Shown in pieces: positions 27,017-39,689 of a stretch of 64,000 nucleotides of DNA. The stretch lies in assembly GCF_009914755.1 (NCBI RefSeq), contig NC_060928.1. One strand, given 5' to 3'. Positions within the stretch are counted from its first letter, which is position 1. Each line of letters starts with the position of its first letter. The notes beneath the pieces were generated by a model. That model searched no databases and was not told the DNA's origin. It saw nothing but the letters and a program-made list of their open reading frames with translations. A program made the translations under genes and the position numbers. The DNA comes from the human T2T-CHM13v2.0 reference genome, Homo sapiens.

Positions 27017-27443
27017 CAGATGACGCTTGAAAAACACATGGGTTTGAACTGCACAGGTCCACTTTTATGTGGATTTTCTTCTGCCTCTGCCATCCCTGGG
27101 ACAGACCAACTACTCCTCATCCTCTTCTTCCTCTGCCTACTCAATGTGACAATGAGGAGGATGAAGACTTTATCAGGATCCACTTTCACTTAGTGAATAC
27201 TAAACATATTTTCTCTTCCTTATGATTTTCTTCATAACGATTTCTTTTCTCTAACTTACTTTATTAGAAGAATACAGTATTATACAAAATACATATCAAT
27301 AGACTGTTTATGTTACCGGTGAGGCTTCTGGTCAACAGTAGTCTATTAGTAGTTACGTTTTTAAGGAGTTAAAAGTTATATGTGTATTTTGGACAGCATG
27401 CGGCATGGGTACCCCAACACTCCTATTGTTCAAGCGTCACCTA
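27017..27443. mobile_element. Tigger2a-like TcMar MITE
   Basis: Terminal inverted repeats CAGATGACGCTTGAAAAA / TTGTTCAAGCGTCACCTA; internal gggtttgaactgcacaggtccact. Confidence 0.9.
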
Positions 27444-27804
27444 TATATTCTTTAAGATCCCAGATTATCTGCAAGATCAAAACTACTTGGTCTAAGGTGG
27501 ATCATATACACTTATGCTCCTATATCAAAGGCCATGGTAAGAAATGCTCTATAACAGCCCTCCTAGTCGAGAAAAACCTATTCCTGAGAGTGGAAAATTT
27601 TTGCAACCTCCTGAAGCAAATGAATATAAAATCTCAGACTAGCTCCATCAGCAAAATGTTTTTCAAAATTGCCATTTGACATAGGCTAAATTCTTAAACA
27701 GTCTTAAATGAAGAAAGAAAAGATAATGTTAACTTTGAGTAGCATGGGTTTCAGGATGATATTAGACACTTGTATGCTGGTGGCCCTTGCTAAATGCTAT
27801 TTCA

Positions 27805-28079
<275 letters not shown>

Positions 28080-28106
28080 TCAGTCTTCTGTTCTACCTGT
28101 GACTAG

Positions 28107-28538
<432 letters not shown>

Positions 28539-28549
28539 TAGTTATGGTG

Positions 28550-28800
28550 ATCATGATAATAACTAACTTTGACATAGCACTCACTCTGTACCAGTGTTAT
28601 TATAGATGCTTTACATGCATTCACTTTTAATTTCCACAATTACCCTAGGAGGTGTGTTCTATTATTATCACTCCTATTTTACAATTCAAGAAAATAGTGT
28701 TAGAGAGGTTAAAACTTGTCCATAGTCTTTTAGCTAATAAGCAACGGAGCCAGAATTTAAACTAGACACTGTGGTTACAAAACCCACGCTCTTAACTGTT
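28550..28800 (-). mobile_element. MIR
   Basis: ataataactaac..agcactcactctgtaccag..cacaattaccctaggagg..cctattttaca..agagaggttaaaacttgtcc. Confidence 0.85.
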
Positions 28801-28919
28801 TCTAATACTGGAACAAGACAAGGGTACCATTGACCAGAATATAAAGTGGGGGGAAATAATTGTCATAAGAAATAGATATGAAAGTGACCCCTGTGTTCAA
28901 AGAGAAATGCAGCCTGCCA

Positions 28920-29730
28920 TTCTCCCCTCAGCTCACACAGGCTTTCTTTCAGCTCTTCAAGCACACTGAGCACAAAGTCTGAGCTCCTATGGCTCTGGAC
29001 CTTGGCACGTACTGTTTCCTCAGCCTGTAGTTATTTTTAAGTACTTTATAATTAATTTGATTATACTTAATGGAAATATAATCATATTGATTTTCTTATA
29101 ATGCATTAGAATTATTTGACATGTTTAATAGTTAATAGTTTATTTGTTCATTTTTGCCATTTGACTGTGTTCTGTGAGGGCCAAACTTGCCCTGGTCATG
29201 TTTACCATTGAATCCCAAATGACTGCTGCATCATAGGCCCTCAATATTTGCCTGTTGTTGTTGCAGGGTTGTGGGGAACTTAGGAAAGCCTTCATGCAAG
29301 TGGTGGTTTTAAAGCTGGCTTTTTAAGTTTGTTAGTATCTTTTAACTTGTGAAGTTGAAGGGGAAGGAAATTTAGGCTGGAGGGTCAGCATCATGTATGT
29401 GTAACATGGTGATCATTAGGCTTAAATGACAAAACGTATAAGAAACAATGTATAGAGAGTTGAGTATTTTTGTGGCAGTGGACTGGTAAGACTGGGAAAA
29501 TAGGGCAATGTCTTCTGTAAACTGTATTTAATCTTCATTTACAGATGATGAAACTGAAAGACCAAAATCTTGTGCCCAAGTTTTCCACAGCTAGTGAGCA
29601 GCAGAGCGAGGATTTGTATTTAGGATTGACTCAACGCCCATGAAGTTAATTGCTAAATCATACTATCTCCATGTGAAAAAATCCTGAAACGTCAGGATGT
29701 GGAATTGGCACTTGATGGGACAAATCACTG
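28920..29730. mobile_element. Cluster of L2 (both strands) and MIR (29525-29670, minus) fragments
   Basis: L2 motifs gcacgtactgtttcctcagcctg and ggaaagccttcatg; MIR motif tttacagatgatgaaactga. Confidence 0.6.
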
Positions 29731-29732
29731 AG

Positions 29733-29820
29733 CATGGACGGGACTAGGGTCAGCTGAGTACAGCACGCCACAAAACTCAATAATCGAGTTAAATAATATT
29801 ATAATGCAATATTAAAAAAA
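29733..29820 (+). mobile_element. MER96B-like hAT MITE, 5' part
   Basis: gggactagggt..cgccacaaaactcaataatcgagttaaataatattataatgcaatatt. Confidence 0.65.
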
Positions 29821-29825
29821 AAAAC

Positions 29826-30006
29826 AGCACCTGACCAACATGGCGAAACTCCATCTCTAATAATAACAAAGTTTAGCCAGGAGTCGTGGTGGCTGAGTCA
29901 GAAGAATCCCTTGAACCCAGGAGGTGGAAATTGCAGTGAGCCGAGATCGCACCATTGCACCACTCCAGCCTGGGTGACAGAACGAGACTCCATCTCAAAA
30001 AAGAAA
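29826..30006 (+). mobile_element. Partial AluS with internal deletion, followed by (CA)n to 30029
   Basis: cctgaccaacatggcgaaac..gaacccaggaggtgga..ccagcctgggtgacagaacgagactccatctc. Confidence 0.92.
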
Positions 30007-30088
30007 CACACACACACACACACACACACCCAGCAGACAACAACCCCCTGTTCCTTTTTTCTATTTTTGTAAATAAAGTGATTAAAAC

Positions 30089-30321
30089 CAGGGATGGGAT
30101 TAGGGTAAGGCAAGTGAGGCGAGGTCACACAAGCGCAGGATTGGATCCTGCTCTTTATTTTAAATACTGATGCTTTGTTTGTCATGGATGACTTTTGCAT
30201 TCATTTTGATTTTTAAAAATATTTCTTTAAAGCAATATTGATTCTGATTACTGAGTTTTTACCCTCATAACTTTGACACCCTAGGTGAGTTCTCCACTTG
30301 CCTCATAGTTGTTCCAGCCCA
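30089..30321 (-). mobile_element. MER96B-like hAT MITE, near full length
   Basis: cagggatgggattagggtaaggcaagtgaggcg..ggatcctg..catggat..ttttgcattcattttgatttttaaaaatatt..ctgattactgagttttt. Confidence 0.75.
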
Positions 30322-30329
30322 ATCTAGAT

Positions 30330-30730
30330 GCATGCTTTCAAAAAGAGTAATCTGACAGTAGCATGGAAGATGATTCAGAGGGGAGGCTGAGAAGAGCAGG
30401 CTCAGAGAAGGATATAGACAAGAATGGATCAAGACCCAGATGACTTTTGGAGGCTGAGCTGAGCTCGTGCCACTGCACTCCAGCCCAGGTGACAGAGCTA
30501 GAAAAAACACTCAAATAAGCGAATTGACAATAAGGATGGAAACAATGGGGAGAGTGAGAATCTATATGATTTGGCAATTGTGTGGTAGGAGAATGATGAC
30601 AAGGACTCCAAGACAATGCCATGACTTAAAGGAGTTAAAGATAACTCGGGAACTGTGCCACCTTAATGAGAAAAGAAAAGTCAGGAGAAAATCCTGGTTT
30701 GGAGGGATGATATCAAGTGTGAGGTTAGGG
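30330..30730 (-). mobile_element. L2 fragment containing an Alu 3' tip of about 55 nt (30456-30510, plus)
   Basis: gcagcatgg-like start, gacccagatgac, gatttggcaattg, gaatgatgac. Alu tip gagctgagctcgtgccactgcactccagcc. Confidence 0.6.
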
Positions 30731-30793
30731 GTATGAGACAGCAGCGTGCATTTGAGGGGTTTTAGCCCTATTTTTAGGCTATTGCTATTGTTA

Positions 30794-31114
<321 letters not shown>

Positions 31115-31156
31115 GTATATATAAATACATTTTTTAAAATGTATCTTTAAAAAATG

Positions 31157-31191
<35 letters not shown>

Positions 31192-31281
31192 CACATTTGA
31201 AATAATTGAGGCAATGATTAAAACTTGGAAATCATTTTGTTCTAGAATTTTTATGATATATTTTTATTAACTTGGTAATAA

Positions 31282-31578
<297 letters not shown>

Positions 31579-32043
31579 TGTTTGGCTTTTTAAAGGTAAA
31601 ATGACCATAATGTCCATTTCTCATTTCTTCCATGGAAGAGATAATATAGGATTTATTTATATGCTTAATATCAAGATTTTCCTTTTTTGATCTCATATCT
31701 GGCATCCTAAATGTTAAGGGGTGTTAAAACAAACACTCCATCTCTCTGAGGTGTTTTCTGTCTCCATAAACATTCACCCAGCTACTTTATTAGTTGTTTT
31801 CTTTCTTTAAACCCCTTCTTACCTGAAGTATTTAAACTATTTTTTTCTGAACTTCCCCTAAGTATTTTGCTATTTCATAAAGCAAAGCATTTTAAAATGT
31901 ATCCATTTACTAGCAATGTCTTTGGAAGGCCTTTCAGCCCATTGTGTTATACAATACCCTATTGTGTATATGTAACCCAAACTAGTTTCAGGCTATTTTT
32001 ACCATACACGCTTACATTGGTTTGAGCATTTTAATTGAATCAG

Positions 32044-32170
32044 ACAAGCAACCAATAGCTAACTTGGTCAGTAACCAGTCATTCACTGAAAACAGTCGAA
32101 CAGATTGTGTCTGTAGACACAGCCTCAATCTTTTTGTTAGCACAGCCATTTTGGTTTTCTCCACTTAATC
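32044..32170 (+). pseudogene. Possible relic exon (3' end unclear)
   Basis: gaatcAG| then (D)KQPIANLVSNQSFTENSRTDCVCRHSLNLFVSTAILVFST*. No clear donor. Confidence 0.3.
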
Positions 32171-32472
32171 TCATTAAGGGTACCCCCCTCCCTCCACCTG
32201 ACATATGACTTTCTAGGTTTCCCTGGCTCAATGAATGTTTAAGTTTCCAATTACACGTCCCCAGATGCATTTGTTCTGCCTTAATTCTTTTTGTTCTTCC
32301 CCATCAATGTACTTAATATACTTTGATCCATTGTATTTTTCATTTGTCATAACTTGTTTTTATTTGGGTTTCCAGTTTAGGGTATTATCATTTTAGTATT
32401 AGGCATGCATACCATCTGTGTCTGTACGGGCATTGAAATATCCTTATCTTGGCTTCCTTTCATCTTTCTCTG

Positions 32473-32566
32473 ATACTGGGGATGGACGAAGGCCTTGTGT
32501 CTAATAAGTCATTTGCATCAGCATGTCCCAAATGACCAAGAGATGAGGATGGGAGAGATTAGCATG
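32473..32566 (+). pseudogene. Relic exon
   Basis: Long pyrimidine tract ending ttctcTG| (AG>TG). Reads GMDEGLVSNKSFASACPK*PRDEDGRD*H. Donor ATG|GTAATC. Confidence 0.4.
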
Positions 32567-32895
32567 GTAATCTCATTCTGATGGATAAAATTAGCAGAGA
32601 TATTCCCCACAAATGGAGAGCTGCCGTTGGCGAACTGCTGTGCTTAGAATCAATTACTAAATTACTTTGAGCTCTAAGTTGACATTAACAGAAAAAAATT
32701 GCCATCGACTGAAGGGAAATAAGATAAAAAATATGCGATCATTAAATCTCTCGCTACTATTCACGAATGTGACTCACAAGAATGGTACACAAAATAGGGC
32801 AGAATTTAATTTTTAACAGTGCCCCCTGTCAACATTTCATCCTGAGCTTCTCTGTGGCCTGTGAGCCTGCCGTGGCCTTTCCTATTTATTTGCAG

Positions 32896-33900
32896 AGGAA
32901 GGAGAAGCCGGGAGAAGAGGAGAGATCTGGTTCAATCCCTCCACTTTTCTCCAAGGCTGGGCAGCTAACTCAGGAGCCCCAAGGGCAATTTCTGATGCCT
33001 CAGCCACCCAATCATGCCAAGCAGGGGTTGGCAGTCTTGTCTCCCTATGTCCAAAGGAGAGCCACACCAGGCAGGGCCTACTGACATTCTGAATGCCTCC
33101 TTCTGACCAATATCAACAACATCAATGTGAAGCTAGCTCTCTCGGTTTCTACTAGCCCAAGCTGACTGGGAAATGATGACTATAAATGTTTCCTTAGAGC
33201 ATCACTAGTACTGCTAGCCCTTCCAGAAGTTGATGAACTCACACAGCATTTCTTATTAATACAAAATACCTCTACTAAGAAAAGCCTTTCTCTGCTTAGA
33301 AACACATTCTTGTCTCAATGGGGAGAAAGGAGTAATGATGGGCATAAACAAGGAAATTAGTTCATATAAGGAAAGAAGCTTTAAAATAGCTTTTTTTTTT
33401 TTAAGCCAGGGCCTGGGGAATCCCAGTGGCATAGTAATTGTTAATATTATTAGCACAATATACATATCAGCTGTCGAGATATTATGAGGACTTGAATTCA
33501 GTCTCTGTTAGGGGAGTCAGGGTCAACATCATTAACTATAGATCTTGTCTCAGTTTCCATATAGATGCCTCAGGGCAAGTGTCTGCCAAATACATCTCTA
33601 TAGATGGGCACAACCATAGGATATACAAGAGACCCATCACACACATCAGTAATAGACAACAAGCTTTTGTTTATCTGAAGGTTTACTGGAATTAACTGAT
33701 TAGTGTCAACTTGACACAATAACTTTTGTCTACAATGCAGTAGATCATTTTGATGGTTTTATTGATGGAGTGTGTTGTCTAATGTAAATCATAGGGGAGG
33801 TTGAATTTAGATAAAGTCTGGCACATTTTTCTTAAGAGGAAACTGAAAAAGCTGTTTGTAAATGCACCCTTGACAGGCCACCTTCTGCAGTCTTATAGAT
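32896..33900 (+). pseudogene. Large relic exon
   Basis: tttcctatttatttgcAG|. Frame 32782-33360 has 193 codons with only two internal TGA (33082, 33163). After the T12 run at 33391 an 85-codon ORF (33438-33695) follows. The 3' end is uncertain. Confidence 0.6.
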
Positions 33901-34510
33901 ATTAAGATAGTAATTGTGATATTAATAATAATAATTACAAGGGAGAGTTGTAATTGAAATGTATGCAAGTCAGCGGTTGGCAAATGCATCTTTAAGAGGA
34001 CACATTTTGTGCTCTTACAGATATTACAACAAAATTGTGGTATTAATAACAGTGATTAGAAGGGAGATTTGTAAGTGAAATGTAAGCAATCCATTCTTAA
34101 ATTGAACTTAGAACACAAAACCATTAAAGGGAAATGAGAAAATAAGGCTAGGTTGTTAAGAGTGACACAACTTTCATGTAAAAATTGCCTGCAAAAATGG
34201 CAGAGAAATGAAACGAGAGCAAGTGGGAGTTTATATACTTACATGGAATTTTAAATAACTATAAACAAAATGTATTCAAAGGCTAAATTCTAACTTGGGG
34301 GAAAAAGTAAAAATAGATTCTAAGCTTTGAGGGATTATTTGCGGTAAACATCATCAACATGTATCAATCCAAGCAAACTATATGCACAGTTAATTTTGAG
34401 ATTTGGGTAAACCAAATCTAGAATAATTAACCATGAGTATTCTTGGTAATTTAAAGTTTCCTGAATCAAATAGTTTCTAGAAACAATTCATCACTTTAAT
34501 TTTTTTCCAG

Positions 34511-34640
34511 TTTTGTCCTAAGAGTCTCTTTTAAAATATAAGGGTTGCAGTTTTACGAACCCAAATTCCAGAAAGAAAAAGGATGACTTACTCTAGTCAC
34601 AGAAGAAATGTCAGAGTCTATCCTTGAAAGTAGAAATAGG
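34511..34640 (+). pseudogene. Relic exon
   Basis: ctttaatttttttccAG| and AGG|GTGAGT. Reads (V)LS*ESLLKYKGCSFTNPNSRKKKDDLL*SQKKCQSLSLKVEI. Confidence 0.55.
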
Positions 34641-35088
34641 GTGAGTGCCAGGGAGTGGAGGAGCTTAAAGGAATAAGAAGACGAAGTAGACACTTACCAA
34701 ACAGGCACCCTTTAACCCTACAATCACTTCCTACTATTGGGATACAACTTTTTTCTTTCATAATATTATGTTTTGTTGAAATTAGGTCAGTCTAAGATCT
34801 GAGACACACTGAACTGCAAAATGGAGTAATTCTTTTCTGAGTGTCTCGTCAATGGTGTCTCCCAAAGGCTCCAATTAGCTGTCTCAATCTGGTTTTAGGA
34901 GAGAATTGTTTTCTATTCTTCATGAGAAAATATACTACAATCTTGTCCCTTGGTTATACTTCTTTTTTCCCCCTATGTCCTCTGTGCTTGTGTTGTATTG
35001 CAAATAACAACTGCACAGATCATAGAGTGGTGTTAATTCCCATTTGGAAGCCTCTCAGAGTCATACTTTTCTCTTTTGGGTTCTTAAG

Positions 35089-35402
35089 ACTGAAAAAATG
35101 AGAATGCCAAAGGAATTTCTTGTCCTGAAAAAGGAGTATCTTATCATTCACCTGCAAGTGTTGAATAGCTTCTATACACACCGTACAAAGAATAACACAT
35201 GCTTTTAAATATTCATAAACAAACAAAAAAAGTCACAAAAGCTTCTTGTGTCTCCTGCAAACTTCTCTCTAGCTAGATTCTCCGGCTGGAACAGGTCACC
35301 TGAGGGTCGCCTCAAGCCCCAGTATCCTTCAAACAAAAAAGACCTACGTCTCCTTTCTCCAAGCCATGGACCTAGAAGAACAAAAGCTTTTGGGAAGGGT
35401 GG
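35089..35402 (+). pseudogene. Relic exon
   Basis: ttttctcttttgggttcttaAG| and TGG|GTAAGG. 104 codons with one stop (35206): TEKMRMPKEFLVLKKEYL...CF*IFINKQKKSQKLLVSPANFSLARFSGWNRSPEGRLKPQYPSNKKDLRLLSPSHGPRRTKAFGKG. Confidence 0.55.
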
Positions 35403-35554
35403 GTAAGGGAGGGTTAGTAAATTAACCCATCCGGGCAAAAATGAATGAGTTTAACTAAGTAGAAAATTACACAAAAATAGTCAGAAGCATTTTACAAAAT
35501 AGAAGAGAGAATATAATTCTTCCATACACTTAGGCTGACAATATCAATATCAGC

Positions 35555-35760
35555 CAACATGCACTGATTGACAGGCACAATGGTTTCATTTTATTTCATC
35601 TTTTCAGCCTCTCTTTGTTAAGGATTATCATCACCATTTTCTAGATAGAAAAACTGAGGTTCTTTCAGGTTAACTAACACAAATCAAAGTTACACAGATA
35701 AATGGCAGGGCTGGAAATTTAACCCGGGGTTCAAAAAGACTCTGATTTTAACCGTGCTAT
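35555..35760 (-). mobile_element. MIR
   Basis: attatcatcaccattttctagatagaaaaactgaggtt..aaagttacacagataaatggcagggctggaaatttaaccc. Confidence 0.8.
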
Positions 35761-36097
35761 TTTACCTCCCTCCTTGTGCCCTCCTGAGCTGGGGTTCACT
35801 TGATCGCCCACCCCCACCTCACCCGGGATGGCCCTGAGACAGCTGAAGGGAGAAGCTGAAGGGTCTTCATTGTTCGTGAGGCAGGGCTCGGGCTGGGAGT
35901 CCAGCAATCTGCCCTTGGGCAGTGTCTGAAGCCTCAGCCCGAAAAGTCTCTCTCTAACAATCACTGACAGCGTCCAAGGGTTTCTGAGGGCAGAAAGACC
36001 CAGCCCTGGGAGTGGGGGAGAGAGAGGAAGAGGAAGATGAGTCTCTTTTACCCCTTATTAGTCATCCTTCAGATTCCTCAGAAGACAGAGAAAGGGG

Positions 36098-36125
<28 letters not shown>
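36098..36125. repeat. (GA)n microsatellite
   Basis: Direct reading. Confidence 0.95.
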
Positions 36126-36128
<3 letters not shown>

Positions 36129-36684
36129 AGCAGCAAAGCAGGATTGGATGTTTCCCTCCCATACCCCAAAAAGGCTCTGATGGTCAAGCCCTTGTAATTT
36201 ATTACATTGTAATTTAGCCCTACGACGTGTTCAGATGGGCAAAAACCAGATGTGGGGAAAATGCAAACACAAACCTTTCCTGTTACCCTTCTGCAGCCTC
36301 CTTGTTCAGTGTTCCTGTAATTTCCTGGGAGCCACATGTTGGGTTCTAGGAAAGTGCAAGATGCCCAGGACCCAGTTTCCACGTGATCCCTTTATGTTAA
36401 CTGGCTTTTACTTTGTCCACCACCTCACTCCTGGGGTTCCACAATAGGATGCTCTTCCTTACGCTCTCTGAGCTTTAAATATTGGGCATCTCTGCTCTGA
36501 CATTCTCTACAACCTACATGTTTAACAAGGAGGGGCAAGAGATTGAGTATTTAAATTATGGTACATCCACTCCAGATATTATTTTGACATTTCAGATGCC
36601 GCTGGAGGTAATATAATAGCTTCATGCTTATAAAGCTAAGTATAGAGAACAATATTCAAGATTAAACATAAACTCTCATGATGG

Positions 36685-36925
36685 CATATCCAGGTGGTTG
36701 AAGCATGGACTTTGGAGTCAGACTGACCTGAACTAGACTCTGCCCTTTGCCCGCCATGTGACTCTGGGCAAGTTTTTGCACCTTCCATAGCCTCTGCTTT
36801 TTCTTCTGTAAGAATGGTGATAGCCAACACAGAGTTGTTATGAGGATTAAATGAGATGATATCAGTTTGAAGTTTCGCAAAGTATCAGGCTTGTTGCAAG
36901 CATAAAATAAATGGTACCCCATTAT
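36685..36925 (+). mobile_element. MIR
   Basis: gtggttgaagcatggactttggagtcagact..tgtgactctgggcaagtt..gttgttatgaggattaaatgagat. Confidence 0.9.
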
Positions 36926-37862
36926 CTTAGAAAGAAAATTGAATGTAGGGGAGGGAAGTGGAAATTCTCCTAAATCCAAAATGTTTGTGAAATTCTCCAA
37001 ATGAGTGAAAGTGGGGTTAAAAAAAACTCAGGAGAAGGGATTTCTGGGTGGGAGCCACTTACTTGAGATCAGCCTGGTCAGTTTTCGGGATCCATTGAGA
37101 GAAGCCCATTGGACACTTCTTGGATTATGGACCTCCACATGGGCAAAACACAAGACTGTGTTCTTGGCACATTTAGGATCTACTTATATTCACCACTGGC
37201 TTTATATTCAATATTTAAAAGGATCCAATTAAGTGAAACAACAACGGAAAGAAATCTACCTGGCAATTTTTATCCCCAGTGGGGGTAAAAATATATTTAT
37301 AGACATGATTATCGTCATTCATCCAGCCACTCTTTACTAATCACTCTTCTGTACCATGATGCTGCATTCCTTTCTAAGGTCTTGGGATTAGGCCAGAAAG
37401 ACACAGCCCTGCTTTATGTTGCTTACCCACCTAAGGTGCTGTGCAAAAACCTTGCAAGGGCAACTTCTGGGCAGTGGAAATAAACCCGGTTTGCCTCTTT
37501 GGGTTATTCTATGCTTTCTTGCATTTCTATAATAGACACGTATTTTGTTGTATTCAAGAAAAAAATTTATTTAAAAAAATTTATCTGCTACGAAATAACG
37601 AGTTCAAGCACATTTTAAATTTTCAGTTGATGGGTGGGTGTCAGGGTAAGCCAACTTCAGAGTCTCCTACATTTCTTGTGAATGTGAGAGCAGCTCCACC
37701 TGGCTCTAGCAGTAAGCCTCTTTGAGCACTGGGAACCTTCACTTGCCAGGAAGGTAGGTCTTAATATTCCTTCCTTCTTCTCCTCCTTAAGATGCACTAT
37801 GAAGCCCAGAGAATGTGGCTTGGATTACTTTTGAACATGGTCATTTCTAAGAATTGACTTTA

Positions 37863-38286
37863 TGTATTAGTCTGTTCTCATATTCCTATAAAGAAATATT
37901 TGAGACTGGGTAATTTATAAAGAAAAGAGATTTAATTAGCTCATAGTTCTGCAGGCTGTACAGGATGCAAGATGCTGGCATCTGCCTGGATTCTGGTAAG
38001 GCCTCAGGAAACTTACAATCATGGCAGAAGGCAAATTTCATCTCACATGGTGGGAGCAGGAGCAAGAGAGAAGAGAGTGAAGGGGGAGGTGCTACACATT
38101 TTTAAACAAACAGATCTTGCAAGAATTAACTCACTGTCATGAGAACAGCACCAAGCAGATGGTGCTAAATCATTCATGAAAAATCTATCCCCATGATCCA
38201 AACACCTTCCACTAGGCCTCACCTCCAACACTGGGGACTACAATTCAACATGCGATTTGGTGGGGACTCAGATCCAAACCCTATTA
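37863..38286 (-). mobile_element. MSTA-like MaLR solo LTR
   Basis: tgtattagtctgttctc..gagactgggtaatttataaagaaaagag..ggcctcaggaaacttacaatcatggcagaaggc..gatccaaacc. TSD CTTT(A/G). Confidence 0.93.
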
Positions 38287-38319
38287 CTTTGTTTTAGAAA
38301 TTCATTTCTATAACTTAAA

Positions 38320-39060
38320 ATTATTACTAGAATTTCTTGACCTCCTACATCGTACAAAGCACTGTGAATATATTCTCATTTGATCTTGACAATAAACTGA
38401 AGGAATATATTATTATGATTAAATAAGTTGCCCATAGTTATAGAATAAGTGTCAAAACTGGAGTCAAATGAGAAAAATCAGACTCCAAAACCTAGATTTT
38501 CAACCACACTACTCCACTGCATCCTGAACTACTGCTTACCAAATGATATGGGCCTTATGGATCTATATTTAAGATGGGGTCAACCTTAAATGCTGGAGAA
38601 CCAACAACTTGGGTTCAGGTTAATGCCTGAACCCCAAAACCAGTTATCAGTAATTCCTCTTTTCTTGCTGCCCCAGGGCAAACACCAAACCCTTTGCTTT
38701 TGTTAATTTCATCGATAATTGCTACCAGGAATCATGTGAGGACTACAAAATTTAATAGGAATAAGCAAATTACAGGAAAAGCAGAGCCTCATGAGAGTGG
38801 TGCTCAAATATGGGTCAGATTCTCATATTCATAACAACATGAAAGAATAATTAATCATATGGCCATTATTTTTTGAACACCATCTCTGTACCATGTCTTT
38901 TTCTAAGTGCTTTATAGGTACTACCTTGCTTTTGAGGAAACTGAGGCACAAATTAAGGAAACTGAGGTTTATCAACTTGCTCAAGTTCACAAAGAACCTG
39001 GATCCTGACCTAGACCATCTGGATCCAGAACCATACTCTTAACCAATATTCTTCCACTGC
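38320..39060 (-). mobile_element. Two MIR fragments (38320-38520 and 38850-39060)
   Basis: tctcatttgatcttgacaataaac; gaggaaactgaggcac..aacttgctcaagttcaca. Confidence 0.7.
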
Positions 39061-39079
39061 CTTTACTGGCTAGCCTAGC

Positions 39080-39340
39080 TGCAGAGGACAGAATGGGTAG
39101 AAGAGAGAGATTTCAGCTCTGTACAAAAACAAAACAAAAACAAACAAACAAACAAAAATATTCCAGATGCTTGGAGCTGTCCAACATCATGGTGAATTAC
39201 CTTAAAATGACAAGCACTCTTCCATTGGAAACGTAGTCAAGGCTAGGTTTATGCAACCTGGGATGCTGAGCAGGTAATCTCTGCGTTGTGTGACAGGTTG
39301 AAATAGCCTCAAAAGAGAACTGAGTTAGATCGGAGCTTTC
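39080..39340 (+). mobile_element. L3/CR1 3' end fragment
   Basis: gaatgggtagaag..gagatttcagctc..gagctgtccaaca..ttccattggaa..caaggctagg. Confidence 0.65.
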
Positions 39341-39689
39341 AGATTTTGTGCTCTCTCACACTAGGATGCAGTCTCCACCTTTAGATTCCCTAGCCTGGGA
39401 CCACTGTGAATTCCAGATAAACTAACATTTATTGAGGCATCAGTTTCCTCCTTTCCCCCCTATCAAAATGTAAGAGCTACACAAGCTTGAAGATCGGACC
39501 AAGTATCTCTGTTTTCACTCTTCCTCCACTAGATGTCCTGCTTCTAAGACCCTTCCAACTCTGAGGTTCCACCATTCTTTCTGTGGGACACTAATTGTTG
39601 AAATACACCTGATATGCAAGAGAAGGATTTTCACCACATTGCACAAGAAGTTAATGGATCTCAGGATTCATATAAAAGGCTTCTCCTAA

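Noticed and set aside
32915-32945. GEIWFNP resembles the SYDE1/2 motif GEIWYNP
   Set aside because: It is a seven-residue match only. The following IPE(E/D)D and any C2 or RhoGAP sequence are absent.
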